Source: Lingula anatina
Taxonomy: Eukaryota > Animalia > Brachiopoda
Length of the DNA: 64,000 nucleotides
Assembly: GCA_051362555.1 (NCBI GenBank)
Contig: CM120641.1
Span: 31,192,401 to 31,256,400, forward strand
Direction: 5' to 3'
Part shown: positions 13,263 through 25,490 of the stretch, one piece after another
Position numbering within the stretch: position 1 is the stretch's first letter
Layout of the letters: every line of letters begins with the position of its first letter
Notes under the pieces: generated by a model
The model's input: the letters and a program-made list of their open reading frames with translations, nothing else
Told to the model about the DNA's origin: nothing
Database searches by the model: none
Program-made: the position numbers and the translations under genes

Positions 13263-15015
13263 TAAGACTTCCTTAATAGGTTTCAAAGAGTGGGTTCTAA
13301 ACTTAAAGCTTTATTGTCTTCTTCTTCACACGTCCAATAATTATAACATCATCTGGACCTCCTAAAACCACACATATTCACTAACTTGTTTTGATGTGTT
13401 CACTTTAATTGCAACTACTATTGTTATTGTTACTATTGTGGTGTAACTCTCAATCACTAAGAAGCCAGATGTTTTAAAGTAAACAAACACACCATCCCCT
13501 AATTATCGGCATAATCTCTAGCAGTGGCCGAGAACATCCTTCAGATTATCTTGCTGTTTGGCACACACCAACCCACTATTGTCTAACTCCAGTAAGTGTC
13601 CAGTAATAATGACTCATTTGGGCATTGTTCACATGGTGTAACTTTAGGTAAACAAACACCCTGACTCTTAACTACCAGTATATCTAGTGATCTCCAGCAG
13701 AACATCTTTTAAATAATCTGGCTATTTTGCACACCTCCTTACTAATAACTACTGTAGGAATCCAGTAATTGCAACTCCTATTGTTCATGTGGTGTGTCCA
13801 TTACAAACTATGTGGCCAAATGTTTTTGAGCTGTGTTTTAAAAAGGCATTTTTATAAAAAACAATAAGTTATAAAGCAGTCTTACTTATTGGAACAAATG
13901 TACTGTATGAGGACATCTCTTTGAAGTTAGCTGGTCTAACTGAATGGAATATGCTACTAGATTGAAATCTGCTCAACAGAATTAACTGTAATTGATAATA
14001 TTAAGAAGGAGTTTAAGTCTTTTAGGGACATATAATGTGAGAATGAAATGTAGTCATTTTTTAAAATTTTTTGGTTGTTTTAAAATTTGAGATTTATGTT
14101 TCTAAGTACTTTTCTTTAAAAGGAAAGTTTACTGAACAATTTATAATGGATATTTGAATGAATGTAGTTTTTTTTTAGTAAACTATAAAGTTTTGAACGT
14201 CATATTACATACATTTTAATTTTGATTCTTCAGATTATCAACATGGGTTCTATCTTAAGACCTAACTTGAAATACCATAATTAGATTTTACTTTTAAAGG
14301 TGATAAAAAGTATGAAGTTGCAGCCTTATATGTGGGGCCCTGTTATTTTTGCACCCCCTCGCCCTAAAACTCCTATTTCTAATGTTGATCAAAATTAATT
14401 TATGTGGTGCCAGGGATCAATGTCTCTGCTATTCAAATAAATAAATTCTTTAATTTAGTAATTTTCTAATTGTTTTCGTCCTTTTCATTAATCCTTAAAG
14501 CTCTTGTGCAATGAGATTACTGTAACATTTCACCCCATCGTTTACCTCATAAATTATAGATAACACCATGAAACAGAGGACTTTTAAACAAATTTATTAT
14601 ATAAAATAGTTAAATAAGTAACTTAATTGCCAAACTAATTTCTTTGAGTAGCGGAGACATTGATGAACGGGAGGGGGGGGGGGCTTCAGCAAAAGTGCCA
14701 CGATCTAAAATTTGGTTCAATACCTAAGCAACGAACGTTTTTACCGTCTTCACCGTCTATAATTGCGATTCGTGACATTAACAGTTAAGAAAAAAGTTTT
14801 ACCTTATGATAGCCGCAACGACAGATCAGCTGTCCACCGAACAAACTCTGACTTCCGCCTGCTTTCTGAAGAGGGCACTCTTCGATCTTCTTTATTTCTC
14901 CCGCCCATTTGCTTCCTCTTGGAGGCTTCTGACCCGTCCTGAAGTGGAATCGACCCTGGGCAAACTCCGTCAGCCTTTCCCTCCACTCCCTGTCCGATTT
15001 TCCCGTCTTAGGCAT

Positions 15016-15245
15016 GGCCTCCTCTCCTAGAAACGCGTCTACTCGCAGCAACACACTTTTTTTCTCTGACCTCTGACCCGCGTCCTCGCAACGCCCTACT
15101 AATGAGAGCGGCGACCCGCCCCCTGGCGGCGGCCGTGAATACCTGCGCGCGACTGCGCATGCTCCCCGGTTCTTGCAATACGCGGTGCTTTCGAGTTACG
15201 GGGCCCAGAACAGCAACCCCTCAGACCCCCCCCCCCCCCAAGGAT
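15016..15245 (-). promoter_or_regulatory. CpG-rich putative promoter of the DUF6729-family gene
   Basis: Local GC/CpG peak just upstream of the ATG at 15015; CTCF-like cgccccctggcggc (15117-15130) and NRF1-like tgcgcatgc (about 15154-15162). Confidence 0.5.
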
Positions 15246-16173
15246 GAAATTCTTCTTTTCATAATACACGAAATATATGTTGCAGGACTAACAAAACATA
15301 AATAACAACACAAAAACCCCCAAAATATTTTGACATGTGTCCGCCACAACTATTCATGATGTCCCTGATAAAAAGAAGTTAATCGATAATTGAACGACGC
15401 TGCGTCCCGTTTTCACAGAAATGGAAGTCCCGGATTCCCATATGATAATTAGTACACATTAGGGTTAGTTGAAGTATTGGGGTTAGTATATGGGACGAAT
15501 GTCACCTGTACAAAGAAATGGGGAACGGACTACTGTTCCTAGCACACTACCCATCCTGTACACTGTCATCTTTAAATAGAAATTATTTGGAAACAAGCCA
15601 CTCGCATATGTTGTGCGTATAATCTTTGTAAAATTTTGTTGTAATTTAGCGACCTCTTGTTGTGTAGATATCTGCCAAAAACTGCTGCACACTCATTTAC
15701 ACCAGTACATGCTGACGTATTAGTTGTAATAGGTATTAAATTGTACATAACAGGTAATCTAACTGCAGAACGCCTGTCTTGATAGTGGCATATTTACAGT
15801 GATAGGTCCACCTTTTAATATATCTTAATGGATCACTTATACTCTAATGTTAATATTTAACCAATCATGCAATAAATTTTACAACAGATCATCCCTTTAT
15901 GAACCAGACTCTCTGCTCTGTTGCCACCATATCCCTGCCGCAGAGACAGCGTCATGGTGTCATATGTGGTCAACCCTAGGGCCTTCTACCCGCGTCCTTG
16001 GTCAAACTTACACAATACAATACTCACTGTCACTTGGCAGGGCTAAAAGTAGACCAAGCAATTCAGTTTGGGGTGTTACTAAAAACAACCTTGTCGCGCA
16101 AAGCTAATTTAACGAGTTGTTGTTGACTTTAAAACTATAGCCAAATTGGTATGCTGCTTAGAAGTGGGGCCAT

Positions 16174-16420
16174 ATAAACAAATTAGGCGTTTACTAACAC
16201 CACCTGCAGATCTTTCAGCTCTAACACTCATATTAACCAAAAAAAAACATACAAATTAACCAACACTACCCGAGCGGATGAATGTTAGTGCTAGATATCG
16301 TTTTGTTGGTGCTAAATAAGTGTGTGGTGTGTTGGTTAATTCGTGGGTTTTGTGGTTAATATGAGCGTTAGTGCTGAAAGATCTGCGGCTATTGTCATTA
16401 AACGCCTAATCAGTTTATAA
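16174..16420. mobile_element. Palindromic MITE-like element with arms of about 95 bp
   Basis: attaggcgttta..gcagatctttcagc..ctcatattaacca is mirrored by tggttaatatgag..gctgaaagatctgc..taaacgcctaat. Confidence 0.7.
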
Positions 16421-17549
16421 GACCTGGAAGTCCCGAAATCGTTATCTTCCCAAAGCAATTTCGTATTATTTCGTATTATTTGAAAAAAAAAACTCCAAAT
16501 GTTCTTATTCATCTTGGTCTTCAGATAATATAAGAGCTCAAACATCTATCCAGGTACCCCCCCCCCCCCCCCCCCCGGACAATTCCCCGCTGAAATGAAT
16601 ATAATAATGAGATTGAAAATGTGATAATTATAAATGCCAGCTTTTCATAAAATTCTATCTCCAGGCAGAGGCAGAGGAGGGGAAACAGATAATCTCACTC
16701 ATTCAGGTATCTCTTTGATGAAATTACTGTAAGTTTTAATTGATTTACCACTGCCCCATGACAGAAATAAACAAGTTTCGAAACTAATCTTTTTTTACCA
16801 GTTTCATTATTATTTGCTTAACCTCTTATTCAGAATCCTCCCTAACATCAAACGAAATGCAGATAAAATTATGTTTGTTTGCTTTCAGAAAAAAATAGAG
16901 AAATGGTAGTATTAATTTGATTAAAAATGCATGAATAAAAAAATTAAAAAATAAATGAGGAATTGGAAACAAATTAATAAAGACAGCACATTGACGCGGG
17001 AAAATAGTGATAATAGTTTAAACAACATTTTACTAATAATTAGCCAAACAAGGTCTTATACATTTAAGTGTGTCCGTAATTCGAAGACTAGAGAAAATGT
17101 TCTTCAGATTTGTAAAGTGAATTGAACGAAACTGATCTGGGCACTCAGTCGTATGTATGCAGTCACAGACTACGTATTCCTGCGTTTAAATCACACCGCA
17201 CGCACAGTCTGTTCTCGCGTGGTGTTCTGACCCACCTGGCCATCAATCAACACTGTACGAAATATAAACATGTCAACCATACACTGTATATATACAAAGT
17301 TCGTTATGTTTCCTGTTATAACCTCTCAGCAAAATTGAAGTAAATGTAGCGAAGACCATCCCACCAAGGAAAATTTCAAAGTTAATAAATGATAATAATA
17401 AAACCAAGGGGCAAATAGAAGAGATTTCATGTTGAGCGATCTTTCAATATTTCATTTAAGCTTTCAAGTAACACAATATTTTTAATCAGTGATAAAACAA
17501 AAAGAAGATATCCTCCAACTGAAGTAAATGTTATTCGTTGCACATAATA

Positions 17550-19223
17550 CAACATTGGTCAAAAAGGTTGTCCCACCTTCAGTATCATGTGCTTTTATTC
17601 ATAAATGATCACATCATAGGTGAAGATTGTTATAAATAGTGATTTTCATTCCAAATACCATAACTAACATGATTAGTCAGACAGAAAACACAAACTAGCA
17701 GTGAAGATATCAATATTTAATACCATTTATTCACATTTATTACATGTACCCCCTCAAATTCGACGTTTCACTGTTATTTTCACAGAGGTAAAGAAATGTC
17801 CACTAAATTGAAATGACACCACCAAATGTCACCAAATTTACACACATTTACCATTAGGGTGTGCTCGTTAAAGGCTCATTATTTAATAGCGTTTGTGTTT
17901 ATCGCGTACTTTAATTACCTCCTGTAGGTGGCGCGGCCTGCCTTCAACAAGGGTAACAATTCTGTTTTATGGGATATTGCCCCATTCTTCCTAAAGAGCT
18001 TGGGGGAGTTGGTCCAGATTATTAAGAGGTTGGTTCTCCTTTGCATTGCACACTTCAAGTCATGCCACAGATGTTTAATAAGGGTAATAACAAGGCTCAG
18101 AGGTGGTTGTTCTATCCTCTGAACATTGGGTTTCTGCAACAAATCACTCTGCAGACGAGAGTTGTGAGCAAGTGCATTTCTACGATGACGCCTAGCTGCA
18201 GTTTCCCTGAAGTCACCTCTTGCAAATGGAGTGAGATATTTGTTGAGAATGTTTCAGTGAATTGCCCCAATAACGTTCTTTTCTGGAAAGAACAATGCAC
18301 TAAAACCATGGGCTTGGAATTCTGCCAAACGTGGACTGATCTGACACCTCAGTCGATATTATCGTGCTCAAACCTTCCAAAATGCATTCTGCAACATGTC
18401 TATGGACCCTAATTTGACCATCGATGGAATACAAGAAATACATTGATTCTTCAGCAAAACCAACTTGTTCCTAGTGATGATTGACCAAGTTCTGGTAGTT
18501 CTGGGGTCACTGAACCTACCTTTCTCAACTGATACCTCATTCCATCTGCAAGAGGGTACTTCGGGGGTGATCCAGGCTTCATCATGACAGCACACTTGCA
18601 CACAGTTCTCATGTGGTGAGTGATCATGATTTGTTGCAGAAACCCAATGTTCTGAGGCTGGAGAAACAATCTTTGAATCATGATAATAAACCTACTGAGC
18701 ACCCGTGGCATGAATTGAAGTGTGCAATCCAAAGGAGAACCAAATCACAAATAGTCCGGACCAATTCCGCCAAGCTTTTTAGGAAACATGGGGCAATATC
18801 CCACAAAACAGAATTGCTGCCCTTGTTGAAGGCAGTGGCGCCGTCTACAGGAGATAATTACACATGTGGCCACACATGCTAATAGACACGTGACCTTTAA
18901 CGAGCATACCCTAATGCTAAATGTGTGTAAATTTGGTGACTTTCGGTGGTGTCATTTCAATTAAATGGGAATTTCTTTACCTCCTTGGAAATGACACTGG
19001 AACTTCGGATTTGAGGGGGTACATGTAATAAATGTGAATAAATGGTATTAAATATGACACGGATATCTTAACTGGTAGTTTGTATTTTCTGTACCAATAA
19101 TCATGTAACTAATGGTATCTGGAATGAAAATCACTATTCATAGCAATTAACTAATGTGGTATGATCGTTTATTAATAAAAACACATAAAACTGGGGGTGG
19201 GACAACCTTTTTGACCAATGTTG
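17550..19223. mobile_element. Foldback element made of two inverted 3' halves of a degenerate Tc1 transposon
   Basis: Terminal caacattggtcaaaaaggttgtcccacc / ggtgggacaacctttttgaccaatgttg; arms of about 700 bp. Both arms translate outward to LLQKPNV..(K/E)H.WH(D/E)LKCA.QRR, the Tc1 catalytic-E region. Confidence 0.88.
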
Positions 19224-21297
19224 TTTAGTACTACGGACTAGGCCCGACTTAAAAAACTTTATTTATCTGGGGCCTACCAAAAGTCGCATATGTGTATATG
19301 TATATGTGTATATAAACATCGCCATCGCCTGCGTCCGTCGTCGTCACCGTGCATATTTCACTGTTATGGCACTAAATTGATAACCGTGTTTTTTTTCAAT
19401 TCTCAAACTTACTGGGTTATATTATGATATATTATGAGTCGCTACGAGAGAAAATAATAAAGCTTGATAAAAGCATTGATCAAATAGACCGATGATCATT
19501 AATATAAAGCGTGTTATTATAAATAGGTAAAATTTTACAGATAATTAGCTTTAGTTGTTCGGCTTCTTGATCCTAGACAACGTCTCGACGTGAATTCCCA
19601 GAGTAAAAAAATCTATCGCATGCAGGGGCTTCAAGCACAGTTATCACTGTTACATGGTACTCTTTTCTCATATAAATGAAATACAAGAAATTTGGACAGT
19701 TTTGAAATAAGTGTAACTATTTAGTACAAAAAGTTTTTAGTATTTTAAAATTTTTCTTACTATACTCCGGAGAAATTATATGAAAATGATCATATCAGCG
19801 CCCTCTATCATTTATCGTTGTCTTCACTAGCACAATATGATGATTTTCATGGACACCGTCACAATCATGATGAGACAGACTATAAGGTCAAATACTGTAG
19901 CATTAACCCTGTTGTAACTCAACTTCCTATATTCTCCCGGACCATTACATACCTGTCAATATTGACAATTGCCAGAGAGGGAGATTCCCGCGCAAGACCT
20001 ACGTCCCCCACGACACACACACACACACACACATACACACACACAATAGTGGAAAGAAACGCCTCGGTTATAAATGTGTTGTCAGCAGTTTGCTAAAATA
20101 CTTTGACTATACAAAATGATATAGAAAAACTAAATAGGCAATTAAAAAATTTATTATATTCCAATTCAAGTCTTTCAATGTTTCAAGAGTTTTACCGGCT
20201 GTTTTACAACTTGGTCGTACTAACAGCCTGTTTTAATCAATAATTAAAACAAGTCAATTTTTGCGCCCCGATATTTCAGTCTGCGTTGAGTGGCTTATTG
20301 CACACCTCAGGTAGAGGTGACACTCAGTCGTTAGCCTAACTTTTTATGTTACTGGAACATTTTTGAAATATTGTTCAGATTTCTTTGTGAAGTCCCAAAT
20401 ATGTCACTTCGTAACAAATTCATTTTTAATTTAAAAATAAGATAAAATTATCTTTCTGCCCTTCAAACCGTACTATTTTAGTCCATTGCCAATGTTGACA
20501 GTTCGGCAATTCGGCTCATTCATTACCACTTCTGTTTTATGTTTTCTGATGTATATATTCTGGATTGTCACGCAAATAGGTCCCAGTGCATAAATGAAAA
20601 TGTGAATATTTCGTGCAAGTCGGCAAACATACTTGATGTGAAAATTAAAGCTGACAGTTTGTGTAGTTCAAAAATAGCAAACTTTGACTCCAAGTAAATT
20701 CTGTCGGCAGTTTATGTTCCATTTTTAGCCCATTTTAATTTTAGTTCCTTTCGTATCGTTCACGCTTTGCCAGTTAATTTTCCAGGGCTGCGATTTTTGA
20801 AATGGCGCTCTTTCTAAATAGACGTCATGTATTTTAAGTTCACCTTTAGGAATTACTATAGCTGAAACATACGGTGGTTACATAAATTTAAAAAATAATC
20901 TTTACAGGGATTTTTAAAGACAAAAGCTGCAAAAGTTTGAATAAACTGGTGTGTTAAAGTTAAAAGACACCAGTAAACACCCGAACGCTCTCAAAACTCA
21001 ATTTCCCCGACTCTCCCAAACCTTTTATACCATCATCATACCCTCCACCCATCATTTTAGTGCCGTTTTATTTCAACATATTTCCTTTTAATCCAACTTT
21101 CTCTGCTTAAAGATTCGTCGACATCTAATTTAGCATGTTTTCATTTCCATTGATTTATTAGGTAATTTCTTTATAAACATTTCATCCCCCTCCCCGTCTC
21201 GCGTTATGTCTTCACAAACACAATTGGCTGATATTTGTGGAGTCCGTCACAATCATGGTTGAGACAGCATCAAAATCAACACACCGCAGCCTCTGGC

Positions 21298-21434
21298 TAC
21301 CCTCTACCAGGGCCATAGATTGATTTTTCACTAGATATTAAAAGATGCATCTCTGGTTAAACAGATGGCTTATCTCTGTACTGTAAAAGCAAATAATATC
21401 CACAGCATAATAACTGCGGCCTTGGTAGAGGGAA
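21298..21434. mobile_element. MULE-type MITE with 9-bp TSD (uninterrupted relative of the 31980-52295 copy)
   Basis: TIRs taccctctaccagggcc / ggccttggtagagggaa; TSD gcctctggc / gcctatggc. Confidence 0.8.
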
Positions 21435-22484
21435 GCCTATGGCTCATTTCCCATATTTACTGAGATTGCTCATATGAAATGTCTTCACGGTGAAAGAGAA
21501 CATATTTTATGTTAGCAACAAAGATTAAGAAAACGAGCGAGAGAGGGAGGGGGAGAGAAAAATATTTAAAACAGGTTTATCTGAGACAAATAAAATCGGA
21601 AAACAAAATAATTCATTTATGAGCAGGAACATCTTTACGGATGATTAAATTTCACAAAAATATCTTAGAACATATGTCGGAGATTGTTAATGTGTGTGTG
21701 TGTAGGGTATCATCATTATTGTCAGAAACTAGTCAATTTCTGGGCAAAAATGCAAAAAATCACACCTGCCATCATAAAAATGATTAAAACGGCTATAAAC
21801 GAAAGCATTAGGTGTAAAGATTTACGTTCTACTAAAGCTTAGGTTACATTTTTCACAGACGCCGCACGATGAAATAGAAATTAATTTTCCTTATTTTTGT
21901 ACTGTAAGTGTCTATGGACTAGCATGCTTACGTTCGGTACGGGCGCCGTACCATTTCTCCCACTTGACCTTGAAGTTACCGTAAAGTCTTGAAAATTTCG
22001 TCGCTTAAAAATTAATTAATATTTTTAATTGTGTAAATCCGACTAATTTTTCAAAATTACCTCTCCCCGACTCCTGGGTATGACGAAATTTTCAAAAATC
22101 CGGCCTTTGGGCTTTTATCCTTAGCGACTGTTATCTTTGACCCTCCTATATGGTGGGATATTTATTACTACTTCCTAAGTCATTTTCTGGTGGTAAATAA
22201 TAATCTATTTATTAGTGAATCTCGATTAAGTTACATTTAACTTACTGTACCCGAAAACATATTGAGAATTATTTTCTCGGTAAGAAACATACCTCCTGAT
22301 AGAGGAGAAGGATCAAGATAAGCCTAATTGCAACCTTGCATCATAACCTGGACGCGACATGTTAAAAAAATTACGCACTTGGGAACGTTTGTTGCATGCA
22401 GGGCTTTTCCCAGGATTGAGTGTCAGGCCTTCTAAAATTACCATCTGTCACTTCCTAAAAATTTACAGGGTGTTAAAATATAAT

Positions 22485-22768
22485 GATCTCCCGTTGACGA
22501 TCTTCCGCAATTTAAGTTCCTTGAACTAATATGAAAACTGCATTTTATTATTGCTTACATCGCGAACAATCTCCCGATGAAGATGTGAAAATTGCCTTTT
22601 CGTCTAGCAAGGATCGCGAACCATCTCCCGCTGACGATCTTCCGCGAACGAAGTTCCCTAAATCCCTTGAACTAATATGAAAATTGCATTTCATTCTTGC
22701 TTACATCGCGGACGATCTCCCAATGATGATATAAAAATTGCCTTTTCGTCTCGCTCGGATCGCGAACG
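22485..22768. repeat. Two-copy tandem duplication of about 140-150 bp
   Basis: atctcccg.tgacgatcttccgc..ttgaactaatatgaaaa.tgcattt..ggatcgcgaac occurs twice. Confidence 0.85.
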
Positions 22769-23187
22769 TAACGGATGCCCCACGAGTAGCATATGGGTAA
22801 TGCAAGGACACCATACGGACATTGCATGTACCACAAATGTAACCCAAGATTGGATATTTGAAAAAAAAATTAACTATATTTGTCGGGGAATTATGCGTGC
22901 AATTTCTAAATGTTTTGGTCTTATGTAATTTATTTATTTATTCATTTATTTATTTACTTATTTTTATGTTTATGTATGTGTGTGTGCGAAATCGGTCTTT
23001 TACACATTTTAAGTTAAATTCCAGGGTTAAATATACTCTGTGTTTACTATTACTAATACGTGCTACAACAAAGTCCGAAAAATGAGCTTTCTGATTTAGA
23101 GGTAATTTGTCTCCTTGTTGCTGTATGATATAAGCGTGATGTAACGAGATCCGCACATTGATCATTTAGTTTGTTTAACTGTATTTA

Positions 23188-23753
23188 TTCCCCTATTTCA
23201 CACAGACCACGAATCCCACGAATCGACAAATTTCAGGATTCGTGAGGATTCGTGAGATTTTGCAAATTTTCTGGCCTAATTCGACACGCTCTACGATTCA
23301 GTTACGATACAGGTGCGGTAGTGTTACGAATATTCGTGGGATTCGGGTGGAATCGCACGAATATTGTCAAGAATTCACTATGATTTTTTTGGAATCGGGA
23401 GATCGTGGCCAATTTTTTGAACATTTTGAACATTTTTCCCGATTGATCAAGAATTCCAAGAACTGACTACGATTATATACAAATCTGTTAAGAACTCCAC
23501 GGACTGATTACGATTCATCCACGGATCCTGAAATTTGTCAATTCCTGGCGATTCGTGGGATTCGTGGTCTGTGTGAAATAGGGGCATCAAAGTTTTTGCC
23601 ACGAATTCTTGTTGGTCAAGAATTGCAAGAACTGATTGCGAATATATACGAATCTGTTGAGAACTTCACGAACTCATTACTGTTTACGATTCAACCACGA
23701 ATCCTGAAATTTGTCAACTCCTGGCGATTCGTGGTCTGTGTGAAATAGGGGCA
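23188..23753. mobile_element. PIF/Harbinger-like MITE with duplicated right end
   Basis: Left cccctatttcacacagaccacgaatc; right gattcgtggtctgtgtgaaataggggca occurs twice (ending about 23586 and 23753); tta on both outer flanks. Confidence 0.8.
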
Positions 23754-23837
23754 TTAACTGTATTGTATTCACAGCCACGTGTTTGTGAGTATTACTGATA
23801 TACAGCCTTTGTCAGTAATTATTATTATTGTCTTCTA

Positions 23838-23960
23838 TACTACAACTACAACTACTACTACTACTGCTACTACTACTACTACTACATGGTGTACTACTAC
23901 TACTACAACTATTACTACTACTACTTCATATAGTCCTACTACACTGTACTACAACTACTA
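23838..23960. repeat. Degenerate (ACT/ACA)n microsatellite
   Basis: Directly visible. Confidence 0.9.
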
Positions 23961-25292
23961 CATGTACTGGTTCTACAACTTACATCGCTCCAGAGGTATG
24001 CTGAGGTGAGTTTCCAGAAATCTCTTAGACTCAACGTGCTGTCGGGGACAGCTTGAGGATATCTGTTCCCCGTGAGGTCGACTGTTGTAACGAACTGACC
24101 TTTTTGTATGTCTCCCTTCCTCTCTCCTACATCCATCCCCGTTATCCTCCCCACCCCACCACATTCCCCTTCAAACACTCCAATCATTGAAATGCACGCA
24201 CATGCTATCTGCCGTACACCACAAGAGGGAGGTACCCCCCCCCCCCCCCCCCCGCCCCGCCCCCCACTTCTCGCCTTACGTTCAGCCTTCACTAACACAA
24301 CGGGGTGATATTTGTGGAGTCCGTCACAATCATGGTTGAGACATCATCAGAAGCGAAACACCGCAGACTAATGGCACATTACCCTTATTAAAACAGATTG
24401 TTCATTTGTATGTATATTTACAAATTGGTTGGTGTTCTTTTCTCGAAAAATAGACTTCGTGTCTGGATTAAAACAGGTGTGAAATTGTGAACTTTGTCCG
24501 AAACTGCATATTTTCAATACTATATAATATTCGAAACACCGAACTAGATCAATTAAAACGCAAGATTGAATAATGGTGTGTTTCAGCAGAATTGTAAGTT
24601 TTGTTTCCATGTCTTTTTCAGATAACGTTTAGTTCACGATCCCAGCGACAGATTACCGCAGCTCTGGGATCATGTCCATGGATTCTGCCTTCAACTTGTC
24701 CCAAACCACAGACTAATAGAACTCGGCAGCTCACCACGCTGTGTATCTACCAAGGAAATCACTGTCGAAACACGCGGAACGCTTCATTTGCACATACGCT
24801 GCACAAAAATTTTATTGAAACTGCTGTCATAAATGATAAAGTTGATAAGTTAACTAAAATTTCTTAATCCTTGTCTTCCCAAAAATTTCATGGACGTATT
24901 ATTTGAAAAAAAAAAGCTTCAAATGTTCTTATTCATCCTCGTCTTTAGATAATCTTAGAGCTCAAAAATCTATCTAGGTAATCAGGACCCCCCTCCCCCT
25001 CCCGGACATTCCCCCTGTAATGAATATAATAATGAGAATGAAAATATCATATTGAGAAAAATTATAAATGCCTGTTTTTAATAAAATTCTGTCTTCAGGC
25101 AGAGGTGGATAAACAAGGAATGTTTTAATGAAACAGATGTATAATATAGATAATTCAAAACCAGAGTATTTTTTCTGAGAAGGTGGGGGTTGTCTTGAAG
25201 GGATTGTCCGAGAAACATGTAAACAGCCAAGACTGACCCATTACCATCATTAAAAACTCAAAGCCTGATGTAAAGAGTGTGTATTGACCGCA

Positions 25293-25490
25293 CCCCGCCC
25301 CTCCCCGGGGCCTTCTCCAAGTCCCTGCCCCTCCCCATAGCCTTCTCCGCGTTCCTGCCCCTCCCCACGGCCTTCTCCACGTCCCTGCCCCTCCCCACGG
25401 CCTTCTCCACGTCCCTGCCCTTCCCCACGACCTTCTCCACGTCCCTGCCCCTCCCCACGTCCCTGCCCCTCCCCACGGCCTCCTCCACGT
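25293..25490. repeat. 30-bp GC-rich minisatellite
   Basis: About six copies of gtccctgcccctccccacggccttctccac. Confidence 0.92.

Noticed and set aside
23779-24009. Thr-rich mucin-like ORF
   Set aside because: Explained by an (ACT)n microsatellite; no clear acceptor or neighbouring coding exons.
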